DNA of 64,000 nucleotides from Roseibacillus sp. (GTDB lineage Bacteria; Verrucomicrobiota; Verrucomicrobiia; Verrucomicrobiales; Akkermansiaceae): positions 736,001-800,000 of the forward strand of contig JBPOGI010000002.1 of the NCBI GenBank assembly GCA_051251855.1, given 5' to 3'. The translations under genes were made by a program, and so were the position numbers. How positions within the stretch are numbered: position 1 is the first letter of the stretch; every line of letters begins with the position of its first letter. This document shows, piece after piece, positions 57,414 to 64,000 of the stretch. The notes under the pieces are model-generated. The model saw only the letters and a list, made by a program, of their open reading frames with translations. It had not been told where the DNA came from and ran no database searches.

Positions 57414-59975
57414 ATGTTTCGTCCTCTCAAATGGTCTCTTAATTTTGTGTTTCTGGGTGCCCTTTACTCTCAAGCGGTCACTCTCGAAGAGGCGCTCGAT
57501 GCTGAGGGGCTTGTCTGGAATGGTGCAGGGGGGGATGTGCCTTTTACTGGCATTGCCGATCCGTCTGGGATTGGTGGTAATTACGCTGGGGCAACGCTAG
57601 AGCCTGGAGAATCGGCGGAGCTTTCGACGACTCTCGCGGGACCCGGGGTGATTGATTTTTGGATTGCAGGAGGACAGTTTTCGGATTGGGAGGCTTTTCT
57701 TGATGGAGAGCCTTTGGATATTTCGAGTGGCACTTGGCCTTACGGATTTCCGGTGGAGGGTGCGGGGCCGCATGTGTTTTCGATGCGTTATACCTCATCT
57801 TCGTCAACTACGGAAAGCGTGTCTGCTGATGGAGTGATTTTTCAAGAGGAGGCATCAGTGAGTCTCCAAGAAGCTTTGGATGAGCCCGATTTGGTTTGGA
57901 GTTCTCCCGATGCGACGAAGTGGGTTGGGGTTCCTGCTTTTTTTGCGGGCGACGGGGAAGATGCGGCTTGGATTGGGGGGTTGGCTGATGAGGAGGTTTC
58001 TTCACTTAAGACGACGGTGACGGGCCCTGCCGAAGTGAGCTTTTGGTGGCAAACCACGCGGGGAAGCTACACGGATGGAGAGTTGCTCGTTGATGGTGAG
58101 GTGTTCGGGAACCTTAGCGGTCCTTCTCAGAATTTCTGGAAGCAAGTTACCTTTACCGTCGGCGCGGGTCACCACGAAATTGAGTTTCGTGCAACAGGGC
58201 AAACGCCGTGGTTGGAGTCTCATGTGAGAGGGATGTGGCTCGATCAGGTTGAGGTGACGCCGCTCGAAGATGGCCGCTTATTGAGTTTGGGTGCTGTTCC
58301 GGAGGGGACTTGGTTACGAGGAGCTTCAGGCGTTATCGGGGAGGGGCAAGACGATGATTCTTCTTTGGGTGTGCTCTTGCAGAACTATGAGGCAGCTCAA
58401 TTGTCGTGGCCGCTTCTTGCCTCCGAGCAGTTGCGTGTGATCAGCCTGTTTCATAAGAATGTCTCATCTCTTTCAGTGAGTTTTGATGGGGTTTATGAGG
58501 GGGTAAGTAGTCAATCTGAATGGGTGGAGACTCAGTTGCGAGTGACGCCTTCAGAAGAAGGACGTTTGAGAGTCGAACTCGCGAATACCGATGATTTGAA
58601 GTTCGTTCAGCTGGATGATTTAACTGTTACGGAGTTGAGTCCTTTGCCAGTCGCGGAGGCTTTGGGTTGGTCGGAGACCGAGGTGGTGGCGGATGGTTTC
58701 TATGGTTGGCCGGGGACCGAACCGGAAGCCTTTGCTACCGACTATGAGGCGAGTTTAAGTTTCTCTGTTTTGGGGCCTGGAAGGCTGTCGTTCGAGAAGG
58801 GAGGAGAGAGTTCTTTCGAAATTTCGCTGAATTCTTTGCCATTCGATTCGGGATCAAGTAGCGGCACGGGGAGTCACGAGCTGCTCATCCCTGAGGGAGA
58901 CTTTGAGGTTGTGATTAAGAAGACTGGATTTGGTTCAGGGTTGTCGATTAGTGATCTGAATTTTGAGGCTTTTACCAATTTCTCTTATGGTGAGGCGTTG
59001 GGAGTGCCGGAGTTGGTTTTCTCTTCTTCGGGGACCTACTATGATGAGGACGCTCAGGAAAGGCTGGATTTTGTGGGGGAGACTTTCATCGCTTTTGAGG
59101 GAGAGGTTTTAGGCTCATCTCCTCCAGGAGCAAATTTCGTCCTAGAAACTGAAATCGAGGGGCCTGCTCTTTTCTCGTTTCAGAGGCGAGTGACCAATGG
59201 AGTAGTTGAGAAGAAACAGGAAGAGCAAGATGAGAAGCGTTCAAAAATTACGATCATTGTGATCCCTCCAACGGTCTTTGAGTTAGGAACGGCTTTGTAT
59301 GTGAATGGAGTGCGAACTTTGGAGGCAGAAACTAACTTCTTCTTTTCGGAGGAATATCCCGCTCAAGAGCCGATGGATTCCTCGCAACCTAGTTTGCTCG
59401 GGGACGAATTTGGAAGTGTGGGTCTAACGCGTGAGGTCGAAGTGAATGAAGAGGGGTGGAAGCGATTTGAGTTATATCTCAGTGCTGGCACTCACACCTT
59501 ACAATGGAGGGTTCAAAAGTCGAAAGATGGGAGTGCCCCTCTTTCAATACAATTGGCCGATTTTGAGGTGAAACCTGTTCAACAGTCTTATCACGACTGG
59601 GCAGCTAACCAATGGCAAGCCGACGTTGGGGTTGATGATGCCGAAACTTGGCTGGCTGCTTGGCAGGACCCGATGGGTGATCCGGATCGAGATGGCTTTT
59701 CTTCTGCCTACGAATACGCATTTCAGACAGATCCGCGCTCTCAATTGAGCGTGCCCCCGCAGGCTGTTTTCGAAAATCGGGCGGTGGTCTGGCCAACGCC
59801 ACCGATCAGCAGTCCTACTGTGGGGTGGAACTATTGGTGGAGTCCTCATTTGGTTACGTGGGCAGAGGATGGGCTCTTGAATGAAGTCGTTGGTGGTGAA
59901 GTTCGAAGCAGTTTGGTTCAGCCTAGCGAGAAAGCTTTTTTCCGTCGCGAAGCGGATGTGACGACGAGTCCATAA
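57414..59975 (+). CDS. Secreted protein with tandem EAL(D/G)...GP..F repeats, DPDRDG..EY motif and FFR-type tail
   Basis: Repeats start LEEALDAEGLVW, LQEALDEPDLVW, VAEALG, YGEALGVPELVF. Confidence 0.8.
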   Translation: MFRPLKWSLNFVFLGALYSQAVTLEEALDAEGLVWNGAGGDVPFTGIADPSGIGGNYAGATLEPGESAELSTTLAGPGVIDFWIAGGQFSDWEAFLDGEPLDISSGTWPYGFPVEGAGPHVFSMRYTSSSSTTESVSADGVIFQEEASVSLQEALDEPDLVWSSPDATKWVGVPAFFAGDGEDAAWIGGLADEEVSSLKTTVTGPAEVSFWWQTTRGSYTDGELLVDGEVFGNLSGPSQNFWKQVTFTVGAGHHEIEFRATGQTPWLESHVRGMWLDQVEVTPLEDGRLLSLGAVPEGTWLRGASGVIGEGQDDDSSLGVLLQNYEAAQLSWPLLASEQLRVISLFHKNVSSLSVSFDGVYEGVSSQSEWVETQLRVTPSEEGRLRVELANTDDLKFVQLDDLTVTELSPLPVAEALGWSETEVVADGFYGWPGTEPEAFATDYEASLSFSVLGPGRLSFEKGGESSFEISLNSLPFDSGSSSGTGSHELLIPEGDFEVVIKKTGFGSGLSISDLNFEAFTNFSYGEALGVPELVFSSSGTYYDEDAQERLDFVGETFIAFEGEVLGSSPPGANFVLETEIEGPALFSFQRRVTNGVVEKKQEEQDEKRSKITIIVIPPTVFELGTALYVNGVRTLEAETNFFFSEEYPAQEPMDSSQPSLLGDEFGSVGLTREVEVNEEGWKRFELYLSAGTHTLQWRVQKSKDGSAPLSIQLADFEVKPVQQSYHDWAANQWQADVGVDDAETWLAAWQDPMGDPDRDGFSSAYEYAFQTDPRSQLSVPPQAVFENRAVVWPTPPISSPTVGWNYWWSPHLVTWAEDGLLNEVVGGEVRSSLVQPSEKAFFRREADVTTSP

Positions 59976-60150
59976 CGTGGAATCTCGTTGAGGATGAGGG
60001 AAGTTTTGCCCCGATATCCTATGCAAAAAGGCTGTTTTTTCGGTTTCTGAGGGATTTTGGGCGAGAAATCGCGTCTGAGGTGAGGCAGAACTTGAAAAAA
60101 TCGTTCGTCGTGGTCACATTCCCGCCCCCGCGTGAAGCGGTTTGAAGAAG

Positions 60151-61554
60151 ATGGGAAAGACCTTGTATCAAAAAGTTTGGGATGCTCACACGGTGGGTAA
60201 GATGGGTGACGGACGCACACAGCTGTTCATTGGCACCCACCTCATTCACGAGGTGACTTCGCCACAGGCCTTCGGGATGCTGCGTGATTTGAATTTGAAG
60301 GTGAAGTATCCGCACCGCACGTTCGCGACCATTGACCACATTGTTCCGACTGAGAATCAGGACCAACCGGCGGATCCGTTGGCGGCGGATATGATCAATG
60401 CCATTCGCGCGAACTGTGATGACTTTGGGGTGACTTACTTTGACTTGAAGTCGGGTAAACAGGGGATTGTGCACGTGGTGGGGCCTGAGCAGGGAATTAC
60501 CCAGCCGGGAACGACCATTGCTTGTGGTGATTCGCATACGGCGACTCACGGGGCTTTTGGAGCGATTGCTTTTGGAATTGGAACCACGCAGGTGCGGGAC
60601 GTTTTGGCGACTCAGACTTTGGCGATGGAGTCATTGAAGGTGCGCCGCATTGAGGTGAACGGGGAGCTTCCTCCTGGGGTTTACGCGAAGGATGTGACAC
60701 TGCACATCATTAAGCTTTTGGGTGCAAAGGGTGGTATTGGTTACGCGTATGAGTATGCGGGCAGCACCTTCGACAACTTTACGATGGAAGAGCGGATGAC
60801 GGTTTGCAACATGGCCATCGAAGGTGGTGCACGTTGCGGGTATGTGAATCCGGATGAAAAGACTTTCGAGTTCTTGAAGGGGAAGCCCTATTCTCCCAAG
60901 GATACAGAGTGGGATGAGGCGGTTGCGCGTTGGGCTTCTTTTGCCTCCGATGCGGACGCGGAGTATGACGATTTGATTGTGATCGATGCGGCGGATATCG
61001 CGCCGACGGTGACCTGGGGAATTTCTCCCGACCACGCGTTGTTTGTTTCTGAGAATGTGCCGGAGCGCAACGAGGAGACGGCGGAAGCGCTGGATTACAT
61101 GAAGTTGGAGCCCGGTGCGCCGATTAAGGGGACGAAGATTGACGTTGCCTTTATGGGGTCGTGCACCAATGGCCGTTTGTCTGATTTCCGTGAGGCGGCG
61201 AAGTATTTGAAGGGCCGCAAAGTGGCTGCGGGGGTGCAAGCGATTGCGGTTCCGGGTTCACAGATTACGGCGGTGCTTTGTAAGCAAGAGGGGCTGGATA
61301 AGATTTTTGAAGAGGCCGGATTTGAGTGGCGCGAAGCGGGTTGCTCGATGTGTTTGGCGATGAACCCTGACAAATTGGTTGGGGACCAGCTTTGTGCTTC
61401 TTCTAGTAACCGGAACTTTAAAGGACGTCAGGGGTCGCCGATTGGACGGACTGTTTTGATGTCTCCGGTGATGGTGGCTGCGGCTGCGATTGAAGGCCAT
61501 GTTGCTGATGCGCGTGAGACCTTTAGTTTCGCGGATGCGGCAGCGGTTGCGTGA
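60151..61554 (+). CDS. leuC: 3-isopropylmalate dehydratase large subunit
   Basis: [58 protein letters not shown]. Confidence 0.97.
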   Translation: MGKTLYQKVWDAHTVGKMGDGRTQLFIGTHLIHEVTSPQAFGMLRDLNLKVKYPHRTFATIDHIVPTENQDQPADPLAADMINAIRANCDDFGVTYFDLKSGKQGIVHVVGPEQGITQPGTTIACGDSHTATHGAFGAIAFGIGTTQVRDVLATQTLAMESLKVRRIEVNGELPPGVYAKDVTLHIIKLLGAKGGIGYAYEYAGSTFDNFTMEERMTVCNMAIEGGARCGYVNPDEKTFEFLKGKPYSPKDTEWDEAVARWASFASDADAEYDDLIVIDAADIAPTVTWGISPDHALFVSENVPERNEETAEALDYMKLEPGAPIKGTKIDVAFMGSCTNGRLSDFREAAKYLKGRKVAAGVQAIAVPGSQITAVLCKQEGLDKIFEEAGFEWREAGCSMCLAMNPDKLVGDQLCASSSNRNFKGRQGSPIGRTVLMSPVMVAAAAIEGHVADARETFSFADAAAVA

Positions 61555-61658
61555 GGAGTTTTTGAAGCGCGTGCTTTTTGGCAGGTGAGTGTGGGTTCAG
61601 TTGCTTTGGCTGGATGGAGGCTCAATTTGCAGCCATTCGAGACGACTGGGCTTACCTT

Positions 61659-61681
61659 CGCGGCCCGGAGGACCGCGCCAC
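61659..61681 (-). repeat. REP-like palindrome between convergent leuC and pyrE
   Basis: Minus strand GTGG-CGCGGTCC-TCCG-GGCCGCG. Confidence 0.5.
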
Positions 61682-61690
61682 GTGAGTTGG

Positions 61691-62248
61691 TTAGGCAATG
61701 AGTTCGGCTTTGCCGTAGACGCTGAGGACTTCGACGCCGCGTGCTTCGATGACTTCTTTGGCGCCTTCTTGGCGGTCGACGAGGATGAGGACAAAGGCGA
61801 CTTTGCCGCCTTCGGCTTCGATGGCGTCCATAGCTTTGATGGTGGAACCGCCGGTGGTGGCGGTGTCTTCAACGAGGATGATGGTGTCGCCGGACTGGAA
61901 GTTGCCTTCGACGCGCTTGCCGGTGCCGTATTTTTTGGCTTCCTTGCGGACGGAGAACATTTGGAGGGGCGCCCCTTGGCGGGAGGATTCCATGGCGATG
62001 GCGAGGGAGATGGGGTCGGCGCCCATGGTCATGCCTCCGATGGCGACGGGTTTCTCGGGGAGTTGCGCGATTTTTTCGGCAACGGCGGCGTAGCCGACTT
62101 CGCCGACGAGGATGGCTCCGCGGCAATCCATGGTGCTGACGCGGCAGTCGACGTAAAAATCGCTCTTTTTGCCGGAGGCGAGGGTGAAATCACCGGTGCG
62201 GATGGATTTTTTCTGAAGGATGGATTTGAGCTCGTCGCGTGCTGTCAT
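61691..62248 (-). CDS. pyrE: Orotate phosphoribosyltransferase
   Basis: GDFTLASGKKSDFYVD, VRKEAKKYG, LVEDTATTGGS, VDRQEG. Confidence 0.95.
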   Translation of the reverse strand: MTARDELKSILQKKSIRTGDFTLASGKKSDFYVDCRVSTMDCRGAILVGEVGYAAVAEKIAQLPEKPVAIGGMTMGADPISLAIAMESSRQGAPLQMFSVRKEAKKYGTGKRVEGNFQSGDTIILVEDTATTGGSTIKAMDAIEAEGGKVAFVLILVDRQEGAKEVIEARGVEVLSVYGKAELIA

Positions 62249-62429
62249 GGGCCGAGTGAAGCGGGTGATTTACGGCTTCGCCATCAAAATTTTTGGCGAG
62301 ATTGAGAGCAGCAATGGCTGATAGGCTAAGAGTCAGGGGGCAGGTATGCTAGGTTACTTGGAAAATGACTGTTTGCGGTTGTTTTCATTGTTAGTTTGGC
62401 CCACGGAGGAACGTAGACGAATTAAGAAA

Positions 62430-63986
62430 ATGGATATTGGTAAAATCATGGTGTCGGGTTTGGTGGGTTTCCTTTCAGCAGTGCCGACGGCATTGGCGAT
62501 GGATGGGAAGGCGCAGTATGAGATGCTTTGTGGTGCTTGTCACAATCCTGATGGGAAGGGCGCAGGGGAGGGGGCTTTTCCTCCCTTGGCTGGAAGCGAG
62601 TGGGTAAAAGGCGACCCCGAGCGCATGGTACAGGTGATTTTGCATGGTTTAGAAGGGCCGGTGGATGTGTTGGGGAAGACTTACAATCTCGCGATGCCCC
62701 CGCAGGGTGCCGCTTTGACTAATGAGCAGATTGCGGCGATAGGGACTTACGTTCGAGGAGCTTGGGGGAACAAGGAGGGTAAGATTGATGCTAATTTCGT
62801 TAAGGAGGCTCGTGCTCGGACAGCAAAGCGCAATGCGATGTGGAAGGAAGGAGAGCTTTTGAAGCGGTGGCCTTTACCGGAAAAGAAGGGTCCGCTGAAT
62901 AACCTGATTGCGACTGCGTATAAGGGCCAGTTTAAGACGATGCCTGATTTCTCCAAACTAGAGGTGATCAGTGTTGAGGAAGAGGCTTCAGGATTTATTG
63001 AGTTAGCATCGGTTGAACAAAAAGGCCCGTTTGCGGCCGTTTGGGAGGGTGAGTTTGAGGTGGCCTCGAAAGGAGATTACACCTTTCAATTGGATTCAGA
63101 TGATGGGTCGCGCCTGTTTGTCAATGGAGAGAAAGTGGTCGAGGTGAAGGGGACGGGTCCGATGGGGCGCGTGCGCGAAGGTCGGGTGCTTTTGAAAGAA
63201 GGGGTCTCCAAATTTCGCCTCGAGTATTTCGAGGCCAGTGGGCAGAGGGGCATTGCGGTATTGCTACGGAAGAATGCCAAGAATCGCACGCCATTCACAA
63301 AGACAAAGGTGTCTGGTGGCGCGAAGCATCCACCGATTCCACTAGTGGCGGACAAGGAGGCGCGTATCTATCGCAACTTTATTAAGGGAACGACGGCCCG
63401 TGCCATTGGGGTAGGTTATCCCGAAGCGGTGAACCTCGCTTTTAGTGCGGATGAGTTGGGAATTGGCTTGGTCTGGATTGGCGAGTTCATGGATGCTGGA
63501 TTACACTGGACCGGGCGAGGGAAGGGATTTCAGCCACCTGCGGGACAGCGTGTGGTTGCGCTGGGAAATGGGCCAGCTTTCGCGCTGGTGTCTGGGAGAG
63601 GGGCGAAATGGCCAAAAGCTTGGCAGCCTGAGTTGAAAGCACGTTTTGGAGGTTATGTGCTCGATGAAAAGCGGCGTCCGGAGTTTCACTACGAGGTTGC
63701 AGGATTGCAGGTCATGGACAAACCGGAAGCAGTGGAAGGTCGTGAGTTGGTGCGCAATATTCGTCTAAAGGCGGGAGGGAACCCTCCTCAGGGGTTGAGT
63801 CTGCGGTTGAGTGGAACAGGCGCAAAAGCGATTGGTTCTCACACCTATGAACTCGGCAGCGGAGTTCGTTTAGTGATTGCAGAGAGCGATGCCGTGGAGC
63901 CAGTGGTGACAGACGAAGGAGTATTCCTGCGGTTGAAGTTGAAGTCGGGAGAAAATCGCATTGGGGTCCGCTACTTGTGGAAATAG
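62430..63986 (+). CDS. Exported cytochrome c - PA14 domain protein
   Basis: CGACH, FPPLAGSEWV, LHGLEG, MPP; PA14 YTFQLDSDDGSRLFVNG; C-terminal IYRNFI...AVGYP domain. Confidence 0.85.
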   Translation: MDIGKIMVSGLVGFLSAVPTALAMDGKAQYEMLCGACHNPDGKGAGEGAFPPLAGSEWVKGDPERMVQVILHGLEGPVDVLGKTYNLAMPPQGAALTNEQIAAIGTYVRGAWGNKEGKIDANFVKEARARTAKRNAMWKEGELLKRWPLPEKKGPLNNLIATAYKGQFKTMPDFSKLEVISVEEEASGFIELASVEQKGPFAAVWEGEFEVASKGDYTFQLDSDDGSRLFVNGEKVVEVKGTGPMGRVREGRVLLKEGVSKFRLEYFEASGQRGIAVLLRKNAKNRTPFTKTKVSGGAKHPPIPLVADKEARIYRNFIKGTTARAIGVGYPEAVNLAFSADELGIGLVWIGEFMDAGLHWTGRGKGFQPPAGQRVVALGNGPAFALVSGRGAKWPKAWQPELKARFGGYVLDEKRRPEFHYEVAGLQVMDKPEAVEGRELVRNIRLKAGGNPPQGLSLRLSGTGAKAIGSHTYELGSGVRLVIAESDAVEPVVTDEGVFLRLKLKSGENRIGVRYLWK

Positions 63987-64000
63987 AGGAAGAAAACAAA

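Noticed and set aside
59976..60150. Possible leucine attenuator upstream of leuC
   Set aside because: No Leu-rich leader peptide or terminator/antiterminator pair seen; leuD not being adjacent is unremarkable.

Overview
Gene-dense bacterial chromosome segment, most likely from a marine-type member of Verrucomicrobiota. This assignment is inferred from the planctomycete-type cytochrome c / DUF1549-1553 / DUF1552-1592 cassettes, a CotH-lamin-tail giant protein and PA14-cytochrome fusions. Bases 1-26.7 kb hold a nitrate/nitrite island: NirA, an NrtABCD-type ABC transporter, a cytoplasmic NasS-like sensor divergent from a LysR regulator, and an alginate-export-type porin. The island also carries an unusual five-gene operon: NirB-N-like FAD/NADH-[2Fe-2S]-diheme-b membrane fusion, 11-heme cytochrome c, Tll0287-like heme lipoprotein, cytochrome c5 lipoprotein and globin. 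Six promoters in the island carry an ATGAAT-N3-ATTCAT palindrome, and seven carry a sigma54-like TGG-N10-GC element 11-28 nt before the start codon. Bases 26.8-43.5 kb hold mixed genes: HtrA, cytochrome-WD40/DUF1549 pair, M15 peptidase, lnt, DAO oxidase + MnmM-like methyltransferase, GH-GT2 fusion and moeA. Bases 43.6-57.3 kb hold a TonB-dependent receptor, a secreted protein, a complete TtpB/TtpC/ExbB/ExbD/ExbD/TonB/TPR system and an OprO/P-like porin. Three of its promoters share a TGTGAC-N6-GTCAC motif with 11-bp periodicity, suggesting a phosphate-scavenging regulon. The window ends with a repeat-domain secreted protein, leuC, pyrE and a cytochrome c-PA14 protein. No rRNA, tRNA, CRISPR array or transposase was recognised. 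All product calls come from motif reading by eye, not database searches.
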